A DNA stretch of 64,000 nucleotides from Eledone cirrhosa (taxonomy: Eukaryota): the NCBI GenBank assembly GCA_964016885.1, contig OZ024751.1, positions 11,594,001 through 11,658,000 of the forward strand, given 5' to 3'. Made by a program: the position numbers and the translations under genes. Shown one piece after another: positions 45,384 to 62,456 of the stretch (position 1 is its first letter; the number at the start of each line of letters is the position of its first letter). Below the pieces are notes generated by a model that was given only the letters and a program-made list of their open reading frames with translations, had not been told where the DNA came from and ran no database searches.

Positions 45384-45760
45384 ATGTCAGGTCGCCAGTT
45401 GGTGCTACTGGTAACATGTATCCCAGTACAACCTGTCTCATGGTCGGACGGTTGGCGACTAAACTGGCAAGCCCACCAAAGTTTCTTGGTGAGGAGGGTG
45501 ACTTTGGACATCCTGCAGGACTAAAACAAAACCTGTCAAAGGGCAAAGGAGCTCTTAAGAGTCAATGACCATCCAAAATCACCGGGAGAGATGACCCCTT
45601 AGCCTTTGTCAAGGCAGAATTCTAGGAGAAGGAAAACTCTGATATAACACCTGCAACCCTGATGGTATCCAATGACGTTGACTTGTTCTTCTTTTTGGTA
45701 AATACAATCTTGGATAAGAGAGTGGGACTGGCTTTGTGCAATGCATTTGCTCACTATAAA
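45384..45760 (+). mobile_element. Probable RTE-type LINE 5' UTR fragment
   Basis: ggagaaggaaaactctg motif of the kind seen in RTE 5' regions; 3' part shared with 33313-33360. Confidence 0.45.
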
Positions 45761-45761
45761 A

Positions 45762-45963
45762 GCAGAGCTCAAGCCGTTTCGACGGCTATATCTGGACTGA
45801 AATACCGTCGAAATACTGAAATACCGTCCAGAAATACCCGTCGAAACGGCTTGAGCTCTGCCGACGGGGTCAAACATTTTTCTATTACCCACTCAACTAC
45901 CCTAAGTATTGAGTACTCTGGTGCGTTATGGTCCATCTGGTTCCTTACCATACCTCCTTCGTT
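45762..45963 (+). mobile_element. Family A palindromic element with rearranged centre
   Basis: gcagagctcaagccgtttcgacgg / ccgtcgaaacggcttgagctctgc; centre has duplicated actgaaataccgtc; family A tail. Confidence 0.85.
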
Positions 45964-46999
45964 ATATATATATATATGTTGAACAATGGAAACAAAAGGC
46001 GAAATTTAGTTAAAGAGAAGCTTATTTTTGTCTACATATCTATGGATTTGTCTTTTTGAGAGTGAGTTGGAGAGAGAGAGAGAGCGAGAGATTTAGAGAC
46101 CATTAAAAGACCTTAGATTATAAAAATAAAAGAATTTAAAGCATAAATTTGACGTAGATCTGACTCCAGAAATCTGGTCTTTAATAGGACTCAGAATTAA
46201 AAAAAAAAAAGGATATTATTCTTATAGTTTAAACAGAAAAGAAGATCGTATAAATTAAGCAGCGTAAAGCACAATTATTATTTTGAATACAAATATTTAA
46301 AAAATATATTGTATATTCACAATTTCATTCCATTAGCGTTGCTAATGGGGAGGTCTGTTAGTAACAAAAAATACTTTATATATATACTGACTGTCTTTAT
46401 TAAATTTTTTTCCCGAACAGCTTTTTAAAAGTCATTGTCAAAATGACGAATATATATGTCTTCTTCTTCTTCTTCTTCGTCTTCGTCTTCGTCTTCTTCT
46501 TCTTCTTCTTCTTTTAATATCTGAAATCTATTAATACCAGAAAGATTGTTGTTACGTTTTTTATTGCAAGTCACATTCTGATATGTTGCTTTAAATAATA
46601 TTTCTAGGATATCTGACCATAAAATATTTAACTTTCAGAACATTATTATTCTGTATCGGATGATATTCTTTAAATGATATTGTTACATACATAGAAAAAT
46701 ATAATGAATTCCAACATAAAGTTGATGTCATAGTGTTTAGTAAGAGGTGCATAATAGTCATTATGCACCTATATATTCACAATATATGAACATCCAAATG
46801 ACTTGTATTTAATGATGTCAAACTCTAGGTTAGTCAAGCCACAGCAAAGTTTAAACTCAGATTATAAGGAGACGCAACCCAATACACAGGAAATGTTGCC
46901 GATATAAAGAAGAAAATGTAAAAAGCTATGAAATAGGCAAATCAAGGTTTAAAAATAGAATAATTATAAAGGTAGTATATATTACACAATATGAATAAA

Positions 47000-47625
47000 T
47001 ACTGATTTCTGATTAAACCATTAGGCCAAATATTTTGAGGTGAGGGCCAAAGTCAACCCCATTGCGTTATTGGTATTTTATTTTGTTGAACATATAAGGA
47101 TGAAAGGCAAATCACGGTGTGATTTGAGCTCAGAACGTAAAAGGTCGTACTTATATGCTGCAAAACTTGTTGTTCGATGCTCTATAGGTACTGCCAACCC
47201 AAAACCAAAATATAAATAAATAATTGTTTCTACTTTTGGCACAAGGCCAGCAATTATCCAGTGTATTATTGGTTCTTTATTTTATCGAGCCGTAAGGATG
47301 AAAGGCAAAGTTAACCTCGGCAAATAAATAATTGTTTCTACTTTTGGCACAGGGCCAGCAAATACCCAGTGCATTACTGGTACTTTATTTTATCGACCCC
47401 GTAAGGATGAAAGGCAAAGTTAACCTCAGCGGGATTTAAACTCAAATCATAAAGGGCCGTAACTCTTTGATGCAAAGCATGGCGTCCGACTCTCTACCGA
47501 TACTGCCAATCCACCACCACCACCTCGGCAAATAAATAATGGTTTCTTATTTAAGCACAAGTCCAAAGATTTTGGGGTGAGGGGAAAATCGATTAAACTG
47601 ACCGCAGTGATTTACTGGTACTTAA
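47000..47625 (-). mobile_element. Cluster of four nested or tandem family 1 SINE copies
   Basis: Repeated aattgtttctacttttggcaca, aaggatgaaaggcaaa; cctcggcaaataaataat duplicated around the 47327-47523 copy. Confidence 0.8.
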
Positions 47626-47654
47626 TAATAATATTGAGTATATATATATATATA

Positions 47655-48053
47655 TTCGTAAGGTTGTGAGTTCGATTCCTGGACCAGGTGATGCGTTATG
47701 TCCTTGAGCAAGACACTTTATTTCACGTTGCTTCTTCTACCTGGAGTTGCGACCGATAGATAGTATTAGCAATTGGAAAGACCAACGGAAACATTGTTCC
47801 CTCGGTCCGATTTGACGAAAGTCGATCGTTCCTTTTTTGTGAAGGCGTGCGGCTGAGTGGTTAGAGAATTGGATTCACAATCTTGAGGTTCTGAGTTCGA
47901 TTCCTGGACCGGGCGTTGCGTTATGTCCTTGAGCAAGACACTTTATTTCACGTTGCTCCTTCTACCTGGAGTTGCGACCGATAGATAGTACTAGCAACTG
48001 GAAAGACCAACGGAAACATTGTTTCCTCGGTCCGATTTGACGAAAGTCGATCG
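47655..48053 (+). mobile_element. Two tandem tRNA-derived SINEs, family 2 (CORE-like); first is 5'-truncated
   Basis: A-box ggctgagtggttaga, B-box gagttcgattcc, gtccttgagcaagacactt; near identity to 62607-62823. Confidence 0.9.
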
Positions 48054-48080
48054 ATTAAAAAAAAATATATATATATATAT

Positions 48081-48521
48081 GCAAAAGTTCTATTTAAAAT
48101 TGTTGGGATACAAGTAAATATTTTTATAACTGATATAAAGCACTCGACAAGTATTTGGAGTAGATATACGATATTAATAAATGGAAACTATATTTATAAA
48201 ACCATATTTATTTCATTATACATATTTCAGGGATACCAAATTAAATTATGGTATGACTTCCAAAAACAATGGTTGCATTTTAATAGGGTACGTCAAAGCT
48301 TATTTGTAAAACTGTTATATATTGTATTTTGTCTGATGAAGGCATACCATAATTTAATTTGGTATCCCTGAAAAATGTATAATGAAATAAATATGGTTTT
48401 ATAAATATAGTTTCCATTTATTAATATCGTATATCTACTCCAAAAACTTGTCGAGTGCTTTATATCAGTTATAAAAATATTTACTTGTTGTATCCCAACC
48501 AATTTTAAATAGAACTTTTGC
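48081..48521. mobile_element. Family B head-to-head pair with both 3' ends complete
   Basis: 48081-48255 is the reverse complement of ~48343-48521; left arm stops in HHR stem II; CTGATGA 48333-48339, GAAA 48370-48373. Confidence 0.9.
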
Positions 48522-48586
<65 letters not shown>

Positions 48587-48636
48587 TGCTACTGTACGTA
48601 TGTATGCATATATGTATGTACGTATACATACATACT

Positions 48637-48711
<75 letters not shown>

Positions 48712-49110
48712 GTATATATATAATATTGTTTATTACATGTAAACAAACAATAGATTGGATGTTGAAAAGAAGGAAGTCACGGAGGTGATTTAACAATTCT
48801 TAGAATTAAATTGAAAATAACAAAACTAATATTTTCTGTTATTACTGCGTTGACCTCGAATCAATGACATGGGTGTCAAATCTCTGTTTATTTTGAAAAT
48901 ATCACAAACTGTGTACACATCTATTTATTTACACCTGTCAACAAAGTTTCTCACTTCACTCATTACCATAGTTTCACACTATACATACAAGTTCATATAG
49001 ATATACGTATATACATTTCATACATATGGTCGATTGTAACATCTATGTGTATATATATATATTTATATATATTTATATAAAAATGCGATATGTTTGTGTA
49101 TATGTTTATC

Positions 49111-49222
<112 letters not shown>

Positions 49223-49238
49223 CAAATAACTTAATTGT

Positions 49239-49274
<36 letters not shown>

Positions 49275-49440
49275 CATCGTATATACGTATGTATTTATGT
49301 ATATTTTGCTTTAAGGTGTTTCAGTAGATAGGTTTCGTGTTTGTAAGTTTTACGGTACAAACATTGAAAATATAATAAATTATTGTAGAAATACAAGGTG
49401 GCAAACTTATTTATTACCATATGTGTGTTTAACTCAGCTA

Positions 49441-49538
<98 letters not shown>

Positions 49539-49707
49539 ATATGCATACATGTGTATATATATATATAAAATATATATATATATATATTTATTTATATATA
49601 TATATATATAAAATATATAAATATACATTTATGTGAATTAGATTCTTTATTAAATACATATGTATGTATATATATATATACGTATATATATATATTATAT
49701 ATATATG

Positions 49708-49785
<78 letters not shown>

Positions 49786-49900
49786 AGAGAGAGAGAGACT
49801 TTTCTTTACCAAACAAATCAGAAACTTCACCAAACTAAACATTTACACACCTAGATGTTACGTAAAATTTGTCACCAGACATCTTAGTAGATAACACTAC

Positions 49901-49993
<93 letters not shown>

Positions 49994-50098
49994 TTTTGTT
50001 GTTGTCGCAGTCGTCTTTATTTATATAATTGTTTACATGTTTTCGTTTGTGAAGTTGCCGGTGATAACTTTGTTGATATACACACATACATACCTACA

Positions 50099-50248
<150 letters not shown>

Positions 50249-50256
50249 ATATCTCG

Positions 50257-50306
<50 letters not shown>

Positions 50307-50673
50307 AAGTATATATTGTTTTATTAAAAGTCTATGATGTACTTTGTGTTGCTAATTGGTTGTTGTTTATTTTTGTCATTACATTATCACGTCTCATGTT
50401 ATATTATTACATATGTTTCTGTTGCTGTTTTTACTGATGTTTTTGTTCCGCTTCTTCTCATTGTTTTGTTTACATTGCTAAATATGGCTGGCATTGTTAT
50501 AATATATATAATACATTCTTTGTTATTTCAAACAGTTGACGCCTGACTGTAAGCTGTTCTGTTATGTACACTTAATACGCGTATATGTATATATGCAGGG
50601 ATGTATATATCTATGTCTGTATTGTTGTATGTGCGTTTATATGTATAGATATACATATATGTGTATGCATGTG

Positions 50674-50741
<68 letters not shown>

Positions 50742-50816
50742 TACACTCATTTGATTGTGTTCGTTATTACACAAGAACAGATTTATATAAGTCTGGTGAC
50801 GAGTACAAACATGTTC

Positions 50817-50852
<36 letters not shown>

Positions 50853-50853
50853 G

Positions 50854-50895
<42 letters not shown>

Positions 50896-50920
50896 TATAT
50901 ATATATATATATAATATATA

Positions 50921-50983
<63 letters not shown>

Positions 50984-51739
50984 GTATGTATATATTAGTT
51001 TGCCAAAACAAAGGGATTAATTAATTATAGTCTATTGTCTTGAATGATTTAATGATTGCCTATTACATTTGTTTATATACACATACACATGTATGTATAA
51101 TGTTATAATTACTTTTTATTAAATACATTTATCTGTAAATCTGTTAATACTCTGTATGTACTTAATAGACGTCAAGTAAATTTTGGTTTCTTCGAAGAAT
51201 TGAGATTCACCACTTTGGTAAATACAAAATACCTTCATCACAACCACCCCGATCATCACAAACACCACTAACTTCACCACAATTATACATACACCCACTA
51301 TCGCACCCTTCACACCACCAAATATAATCACTGCAACCACCACTATCACCACAACTTCAAATACACCCACTGCCGCACCCTTCCCTCCACCAAATATAAT
51401 CACTGCAACCACCACTATCACCACAACCACAAGCCCCATTATGACAAACACCACCACCACCACCTCGAATAACTCAATCACTATCACAACCACCAGCATC
51501 TCCACTCCCCTTAGTTTTCTCTTTTCTTTTTTTTTATGGAATGAATAAGAATAAACTTGCGTCATATACCACCCAATATCATATTTTATCTTAAATTATA
51601 AAGAATTATATGCAGTCTTAGGAAATTATTTAAATCGAAATATTATTTGAGACGAAATATGAAAGTAGATTAAAAATACAAGTTGAATTAAACTTTAAAG
51701 TTTGTTTTAAACATACTCAAACTTCCAAGTCTTTTCTTT

Positions 51740-52040
51740 TCCTGGCACTCCGTCAGTTACGACAAGTGTTCCAGGTGATCCAATCAAGGGAACAGACTGC
51801 TCGATACATTAATTTGCAAATAGCTGAGCCTTCTACAGTTACCCGTACCATTAACTTAGTTCTCAGGGAGATTCAGCGTGACACAGAACATGACAAGGCT
51901 GGCCATTCTAATTACATGTACAACTCATATTTACCAGCTGAGTGGCATGCTCAAGGACAGGACTCGATGCTGGAATCGAACTCATGACCTTACGATTGTG
52001 AGCCGAATACCCCAATCTCAAAGCCACGTGCCTTCACAAC
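51740..52040 (-). mobile_element. tRNA-derived SINE related to family 2
   Basis: Minus strand gtgaaggcacgtggct..ggtattcggctcacaatcgtaaggtcatgagttcgattcc..tgtccttgagca. Confidence 0.75.
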
Positions 52041-55000
52041 TTTCAAGTAATATTGAACGAAATACTCAATTGGAGGAACGTAGCTGAAGCGTTACGTTGT
52101 TTATCCAACTGCTATAAGATCGCAGGTTCGATTTACAGTTCAGGCAGCGAGTTCTGCTGTCCTTGAAAAAGGCATTTTCTTAGGTCCATTCAGCTGAAAA
52201 TGTGAGCTAGCATCGTCAGTTGCAGTTGACAATGTGACAATGTGACTTGTACCATGCCCTCTCACTTACTTACATACATACGTATGGATCCTTAACGGCT
52301 TATGAAGTAATATGGGCACTTCAGCTATATAATGTGTGTCTCGGTCATTTTAAATTTGGTAAAACGCATCCTCTCTCCATGTCTGGACATATGATAAAGG
52401 AAATACAAATTATGAACACTTCGCCATATTTCCACGACTGATGATCATGTGTCGATTTCGATCACGAATAATCGGTTATGCAATCAATTGTATTAAACAC
52501 TCCTTAAATTGACACTTACTAAAACTATTCCATATACACGTGCATTCTAAACGAAATTTCAGAATCTGTATGACATGGTGGGAAGGTTTACTTGCTGGTA
52601 CATTTTATTTGACAGACATCCGCAGTTTCTGGTTAAATATTTTCTCTGACAAGGCCAGACTCAACCAATGTCTCGTAAAAAGTTGGTGGAATGATAAATA
52701 AAAGACAATGCCACAGTATGGCCTCAGTCGTCTAGTGAATGAAATCTGTCAATCGATTAAAACAAATAGAAAGATTGATTTGAAAATGAAAAATTGAAAA
52801 TGGCGTTTGATTGCGCGTTTGATTAGGTATGGCTAGACAAGAGATGAAGCCTAAAGAAACTGCAGAGGGAGGGGGGGGGGAATAACGAAAGAAGGAAAGA
52901 ACGAAGGAAAGAAATAAGGAAGGGATGAAGGCAAACAAAGTGCAATAAAGTGGTCAGTTTAAAGCATCGTCAGTTTCCCGGTTAAATCATTCACGGTTGA
53001 ATAAAACAGAAATTTCTCATGGTTTCACATCCCCGTTAAGTTATAATCTGCACAAATGCAGAAAACTGATTCTAAATCGGCATTGCCTTCTGAAAGAGGA
53101 AAATAGCTAACGGGCCGAAGTTATGTGTTAGACTGAGCAAAAGGATCAAATTGGCGAGTCGGCCACTTGTTGACCTAGGTCAAAAAGGGATCTGCACGCT
53201 AATCTGTCCACTTTGGCAAATCTGGTATACGTGTGTGTGTGTGTGTTTACGTCTAGGTGTGTGTACATTTTCTATATATGTGTGAGGTAGAGATGAATTA
53301 TATGTGAATCATAATGTTCGCGAGTTTGTGTCAGTATTCATACATATGGCTATGTGTATGCATGAGTATTCACATATATGTTTGTATGTTTATATGGCAG
53401 ATCGTGTATACGCGTGTGAAATTTGACAATTCGCACACGTATATGCTTGTGTGTTTGTATGACTCTTCGCTAAAATCCTTGTGTGTTTCTGTGGTAAGAC
53501 CTGAATATGGTTTCTGTCTGTGTGAGTATTTCTGTAAATGGAAGGATGTCTGTCTATCAACTAATGTGTGATGTGTTTGAGTAAGGGTTTACAGTTGCCT
53601 TCCTGATTTTTATTCCATTACACACAGCTATAAGTTTGTGTACGTGAGTATACATATGTGGGCGCATGTGTGCGTGTGTGGAGATGGATCAGTATATCGT
53701 TGTGTGTAGATATATATGTATGTATGCATGTGTGTGAATGTGTTTTTGTGTGTGTTAGGGGTCAGTGTATGGTTGAGTCCATCTTGCATATTTGCCAACA
53801 GACCTTTAGTTCAGCCAATAAAATTGCGTTTCCATTAAGTTATAGTTCTTTACTCTATCTAATCTGTGTTTATTCTCTACCTCTACCTCGCTATTTCCAG
53901 TTATTCTCTACCTCTACCTCGCTATTTCCAGTGATTCTTCTTCTTCTTCTTCTTCTTCTTCTTCTTCTTCTCTCAGACAAATACATTTTATCTGTCTCTC
54001 ATGTCCATTATCTCTCTCCTTCACAAATACCCCTCATTATCATTCTATTCTTCACGCATCACTTAGTTATCATGGTGAAGAACATTCAAGAAGACAACCA
54101 TCACCAGAATATACACGGAATCTACACGGAAATATGTGTTCTGCTTTGACAAATTCCATGTGACTCCATGTGAATGTGTTTTGGTTATTGTGTAGATATG
54201 GAAGATACACACAGATTCAACAACAGAAACTTCTAGCTGTTTTACAGCTTCCCTTCTTTCCTATTTTCCTTTTCCTTTTCTTAAGCATAATCTGCCTCTC
54301 ATTGGCTTCAATATTTGAAATTTTTAATCTATTTTAATATAATATATTTTTCCCTCTTTTAATTATTGTTTTCATTACTTGTCTCACTAGCTCTTTTTGA
54401 TTACCAACTTTAAGGAATACTCCATCCTTCCACTAGCCTGTCATGGCTTACTAGCTCTATACATACTTTTAATCTGATTAATAATTAAATAAATAGGTCT
54501 GATGCACATTCGAGCGTATTTGTATGTACTCATATAGGTGTGGATATATGAATGTCACTGCATATCTGTTCGTGTGCATGTATGCATGTAAGTATGTGTG
54601 TATAAGTGTTAGTGTGTACGTGTATTAGTAAGTGTTAGTGTGTACGTGTATTAGTCTGAATGAATATGAAAAGATAGAAATATAAAATCGATTTCAAATA
54701 TCAATTTCTAATTCAGAAACATCGGCCCCAGTAGTAAATTGGTACTTTATTTCATCGGTACTGGAAGTAGGAAAGACAAAATTGACGTCGGTGGTATTTG
54801 AACCCTGCATTGGAATAAATGTTGACTTTTAATTCATACACCAGGGTAAACAATCTCTTTGACGGGTAAGAGAGAGAGGGAGAGAGAGAGAGAGAGAGGG
54901 AGCGAGAGAGAGAGAGAGATAGAGAGAGAGAAAGAGAGAGAGAAAGAGAGAGATTTAATTCCACAATAAATCAACAAACCATACTTGAGCATATATATTT

Positions 55001-55755
55001 ATGTAAGTATGTATGTATGTGTGTCCGTGTTTGTATTTAATTATACACAGTTTAACAACAGATGCAGTTTATTTAAGTCCTGTAGCAATTATGCGACGGT
55101 TTTAAAAATGACGGAAAATAATAAAACCGTTATCTAGAGGAAGATATTATTCTAAATGGAACCCTTCGAAATTCCTGTTTTTTGTTTTTTTCTCGTGGAA
55201 ACTGTAGTATAATAGAAAAAAACTGTAGTATAATAGAAAAAAAAATTACTTCGTCAACACACGAAGCTCACCCTATGGTTCATTATGCGGTCTACTAAAC
55301 CTTCCGAAGGTTTATTCTACTGCTGATTTCATTATACAACCCATGGAACTCTAAGAACACTTGAACATTTTAGAGGTAAGTTCCCAATGTAATATGTCGA
55401 AGCTTTTCTCAAGGCTCAGCTATGTCAAGGACACGAGCTTTGGAAAAGATTTCCCCACAAACGAATGCCATAAAGGCATAGCGAGACTCCGATGGAGTTT
55501 TGGGCTGGTGACAGCGCACAGAGCAGATAGACCTTCTGACAACAGTAAGGAAAATCTTTATTGAAATATCAAGTAGGAATGGAAGAACAAAGAGACAAGA
55601 ATGAGTTGCAGAGTTTTATTGTTGCGGAGAGCAACTATAAAACAAAGACCAAAGAAACAAAAAAAATTTAGAAACAATCGCAACAACAACAACAATAACG
55701 ACAACAAGAAAGACCACAAATCGGTATTATTCTATTCCGGAAAGGAATAATCCTT

Positions 55756-55868
<113 letters not shown>

Positions 55869-55941
55869 GATATTTGTGTGCGACTATGTGAGTATTTGTG
55901 TCTGTGATTATGCATAACTATATGTGCATGTATACTGCAGT

Positions 55942-55993
<52 letters not shown>

Positions 55994-56549
55994 CATGCAT
56001 ATATACATATATACACATAATTGCATATATACATATATACTTAAACACATACATAGATATATACATATATGCATACATACATACATACATACATACATAC
56101 ATACATACATACATACATACATACATACATACATACCTGCTTCCATACATACATACATACATACATACATACATACATACATACATACATACATACATAC
56201 ATACATACATACATACATACATACATACATACATACATACCTGCTTCCATACATACTTATTCCTATTTCTCTGATCTATTCTCTATATATGTATTTCGAT
56301 TCAGTCATCATCGATGTTTCTTTCTATTGATGTGCAACACCCAACCCAACGAATTATTGGTAAAGTCTTAACTGGTGACCTTTCTAGAACACAACCAGAG
56401 CTTTAAACTTTCTTCTTTCTCGCACAAACCCGTTTGATCTTATTTCAGTCAGAAGAAATCTTTCAGATCAATAAACTGGAATATTCCATTCTACAGAATT
56501 CGTTTCGAAAAGAGACGTCGGAATGTCACCAAGCAATCAATCTATATAT

Positions 56550-57180
56550 ATCTATACGTATATACATATATATATTCATATATACATACATAGACACATA
56601 CGTACATACATACATACATACATACATACATACATACATACATACATACATACATACATAGATACATACATACATATATACATACATGCATATAGACATA
56701 CATATGGACATACGTATGTACATACATACGTATATACATATATATATTCATATATACATACATAGACACATACGTACATACATACATACATACATGCATA
56801 CATACATACATACATACATACATACATACATACATACATGCATATAGACATACATATGGAAATACGTATGTACATACATACGTATATACATATATATATT
56901 CATATATACATACATAGACACATACGTACATACATACATACATACATACATACATACATACATACATACATACATGCATATAGACATACATATGGACATA
57001 CGTATGTACATACATACGTATATTCATATATACATACATAGACACATACGTACATACATACATACATACATACATACATACATACATACATACATACATA
57101 CATACATACATACATACATGCATATAGACATACATATGGACATACGTATGTACATACATACGTATATTCATATATACATA
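56550..57180. repeat. Compound minisatellite, about 4 units of 120-170 bp with variable (TACA)n
   Basis: catgcatatagacatacatatggacatacgtatgtac recurs near 56685, 56837, 56973 and 57117. Confidence 0.85.
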
Positions 57181-57476
57181 CATGCATACATATATGCTCA
57201 CATGCATACTTACATATATACATGCATTTAAACATTCATGGTTTCATGAACATATTTGTACATGTGTATGTGTGTGTGTGTGTATGTGTTTGTGTGTTTG
57301 TGTGTGTGTGTGTGAGTATGTGCGCATGTGTGGGCGTGTGTATATATGTATGTACATATTTCAGATATTAATGTATATTTTTACACATATAAAATATGTA
57401 TATACAAGTAAGTATATATATATACACACACACATATATATATATATATACATATATATATACATATACACACACA

Positions 57477-57518
<42 letters not shown>

Positions 57519-57601
57519 CGCACAATGCGCACCCACGCTTATACACACACCCTCATCAGGCCACACACACATACGTAGATAAATATATATATATATACAT
57601 G

Positions 57602-57645
<44 letters not shown>

Positions 57646-58878
57646 TGCATATATATATATATGAATATATCCATATATATATATCCATATATATATATAT
57701 TTATATATATATACATACACATGTATGTATACATGAAAGCACGCATACAAATGGAGAAATGTTGAAGTATACATAAATATAGAAATACATTGAAGGTAGA
57801 TAGATATTGAGATATTTGATGCCTTTATAGATATTTCATCTTTCTTGTCTTACATACTTTCACCATTTTAAGATTAATGTTACAGGGTCAACATCCCTGG
57901 CTTATGATGCACAGAAACATAAGGTCATATTTAAAATATGTAGCAGTGACATGCAAAATGAAAATCATTTAAGTAAGTCATTTACGGCTTATAACAAATT
58001 ACTTGGGAAATAATAGAAATTTACAACTCTGTATAACTTTCCTCGTTTTCTCGTTTGCTGATTGATAAATGAAAACGTGAAAAAAAAAAATATTAATTAT
58101 TTTTTTTTTGTTTTATTTTTTCGTATATTAACTTAAAGTATATTTTAAATAAATTGAAAAAAAAAAAATTTTAACTTTTAAGAAAATTAAGAATATTTTA
58201 TCATTTAAACGTTCATTGTATGTATGGACACATATCTCCTGATGGACACGGAAGGACACATTAGTAACAGCGAGTCATGAGTATATTAAACCTGGCAGGG
58301 CCCATCACCTCTCTATGTATAAACGCAGCCAATTTATTCCAGAAAGTAAGAGAGTGAAATTAACGAGATGAAAAAGAGATATATATAAAGAGTCCACCCT
58401 AGTTCTCGACTGGTACGTTTTTATTGGTTTCGAAATGATAAAAGTCAATGTTGACCTGGGCGTGATTTGAACTCAGGGATCGTATTAAGCTTTAAAGTAC
58501 ATACAACTCGTCTGAAAGAAACACTCTATTTTTACTTCTAACAGAACCGACACCATCCCTTCTCAATCATTAATCTAAAATAGTCAAGTTGTACTTGAAA
58601 ATAGCAAACGACTGCCTGGAATCGAATACCACAACAGTATAGTGGTGCGCCAAAGACCTAAATTCATGTTTGCTTCCACAACATACATGAAGAATCTATT
58701 GTTTTCTGTCAGGTCTTCTCTGCTCTACATTATAAACAGAGTAAACATGAACAGAATTAAGGACGTTTGTATAGCCTATTGTGTCAATAAGCTTTTCTTA
58801 TTGAGTGGCTCTTTTCCGGCTTCCCAATACAGATTTTTCGAAGTAAACGTTATCTTAATGACAAAATTATATATACTG

Positions 58879-59033
<155 letters not shown>

Positions 59034-59477
59034 GCATCTGTGTGTAATTACAAAATACAAGGGTTTCGTACATCGACAGATTTCAAAGTTTCTCGTATGC
59101 TCTTGTATACGACTGCGCTTCTAACCATTTTTTCTCCTACCTCAATTCTATATACATCTCTTATGGAGTCATTACACCTCTATCGTCTTTTTGCTTTATT
59201 GTTCTCGATATATTCTGCCAGTTGGTTAATCCCTGCTACATTATTTTGGCAATAATTAGATGAATTCTTTCTTTATTTTGAGAAATAAATCTAAGTAGTA
59301 AGAATCAACAAACCTTTGTTAAAATCTTCACAACATAATCTGATTTGTTTGATCCGAACTAGCTTTCGATTTCGTATATCACCTGAGATAATATATAGAT
59401 ACACGCATAATTATACATCTACTATCATATAAAAGTACACTCACAAACATACAGGCACGTATGTATATACATGTATG

Positions 59478-59508
<31 letters not shown>

Positions 59509-59866
59509 TTATATATATATATATATATATATAAATATATATATATATGTATATATATATATTTATAAAAGTATGTATGTATCTATGTATGTATGTATCT
59601 ATGTATGTATGTATGTGTGTCTGTCTATTTGTGTGAGAGAGAAAATTCAACAACAAATAACAACACGAGAAGACATTATAGTACTACATATGATATATAT
59701 CATTTTAATGTTTGTGAATACACACTCAAATATATATATATATATGTATGTATAAATATAGCTATATCTATCTATCTATCGATCTCTCTATCTATCTCTC
59801 TATCTATCTATCTATCTATCTAACTATCTATCTATCTATATATAATGCCTTTATGGTAAATAAAGA

Positions 59867-59897
<31 letters not shown>

Positions 59898-59910
59898 ATG
59901 TGTGTGTGTG

Positions 59911-59968
<58 letters not shown>

Positions 59969-60025
59969 TACATGTTTAAATACATGTTTAAGTACATACA
60001 TATCTCTACCTATATATATATAAAC

Positions 60026-60059
<34 letters not shown>

Positions 60060-60899
60060 TACTTACAGACAGATATCGAAATCTCCCATTCTTCAAGAGG
60101 TAAGTACATTAAAGGAAATGAAAGAATTGGCGCTAAATAACTTTGTAGTAGAGAGTAGATAAGACCGAACAGAAGACATATGAGAAAGAGAATTAGACAG
60201 TAAATTAACAAAACAGAGACAAACACAAAATATATAGAGGAAATAATTATACATGTTCATACAGTTATATATATCACATACAGACACATACATACAAACA
60301 CGCATTAGATAACCATACACTCACATTCATACACGAACATTGATACACACACATAAACACACACACATAAACACAAACTCACAAACACACACACACACAT
60401 GTAATCATAGACATGCGAACCAAAAGTAAAAGGACAGATCGTAATCTACTTTTCACTATTCTTGTAACAACAAACAGCGCATTTGAACAAAAATGATTAA
60501 AGCTGTTTTACCTAAATTCTTGTCAGAAAATTTACTGTAGACAAACTATGCTATAATTACACACATATAACTGCATACATACACACAGATAGATATATAA
60601 ATATATATATATATGTATATGTATATATATATAAATATATATACATATGTATATGTATATATTTGTATATACATATATAGATATATATTTGAATATAAGT
60701 ATATATACGTACATACATATATGTATACAGACGTACAGTAGTATGTATATATATACATACGTGCACACATATACATATGTACGTATGGGTTTACCGAACA
60801 TTTATTATAATGTTCGGTTTGTTTGTTATATTTGTATATACTTATATATGTATACAGATAGATATGGATATATATGTGGTATATGGATATATAAATGTC

Positions 60900-60957
<58 letters not shown>

Positions 60958-60963
60958 CGTAAA

Positions 60964-61016
<53 letters not shown>

Positions 61017-61058
61017 ATATTCAAATATATATTTATATTTATATATATATATACATAC

Positions 61059-61142
<84 letters not shown>

Positions 61143-61645
61143 AATGCATGCGTGCGACATGAACACTACACAAACAACAGCCTTCAACTAATTGTAAAAT
61201 TGTAAACCTATAAAACCAAAAGAGGATTTAAATACCCCCACCTCACAATCCCCACCCCCTCCCACCCCACGCACACACCACCACCACCACCACCACCACC
61301 ACCACCACCACCACCACCACCACCACCAAGAGACCACAGTACTGGAGATGACTACCAGAAAAGAATACAAAAAAAACGATCATGAAAAGTAAAACGTTTT
61401 AAAGAATTTCTACTCCGAAATAAATATAATAATAAAATATAAAAAGAAAAAACCGACTCAAGATACAAAAAAATGAACACAATGAAAACCAAATACACTT
61501 GTAATGCGATTTTGACACCTGAATACTTTAACTATGTGCATGGTTTTAAACAATGTAAAGAAATCTTAGCAATACTGATTAATAATAATGAAAATACTTC
61601 GTCGAGTAAATTGTCTTATGTAAAAATTTAAAAGATAAAACATAC

Positions 61646-61704
<59 letters not shown>

Positions 61705-62028
61705 TCATATGTATATATATATATATAAATATATATATATACATGTAATTATATATACATATATATATGTACATGTAAATATATACATGTATATATATAT
61801 ATATATGTATGTATATATGTATGTATGTGTGTATGTGTGTGTGTGTGTGTATGTGTATGTATGTGTGTTGATAGTGAATAAAAGAAGTAGATAAACGTTA
61901 AATTACGTAAGTAACTTTATGTCTGATATTCCCGAAGAAACCTACTCATGTTCATATGATTATCTTCGCCCCTCACTTTCTCTTGCATGTACTTCTCTCT
62001 CTCACACACACACACATACACACACACG

Positions 62029-62171
<143 letters not shown>

Positions 62172-62456
62172 GTGTGTAAAGTGTATTCGAATCTCATACA
62201 TTTGTTACAAATTATACAAATAAAATATAAATTGCACACAAACAATAGATGAACGTTGTTTAAAATAAATATTTATTCATCGTATATAGTTTTAAGGCTG
62301 CGTTAATATATCTATTGTAATTTTATGTCGTTGTTGAATTTAATTTCTAAAGCTGAAACAGTATTTAGTTTACAATCACTCTTTATTTCAGTATTGTCAT
62401 ATTTCTCATCTAATGTTTGCCAACAGTAAATCTCTTACTTATCTATATATTGTGCC

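Noticed and set aside
47839-47912. tRNA-like sequence with A and B boxes
   Set aside because: It is a SINE head: no paired acceptor stem, and it continues into a CORE-like body present in several copies
51119-51565. 148-aa hydrophobic Val/Ile/Gly ORF
   Set aside because: Derived from (CAC/CAT)-rich low-complexity DNA with a ~75-bp internal duplication
55260-55381. Possible exon ending at a GAG/GTAAGT donor near 55376
   Set aside because: All upstream frames contain stops and no acceptor or homology is evident
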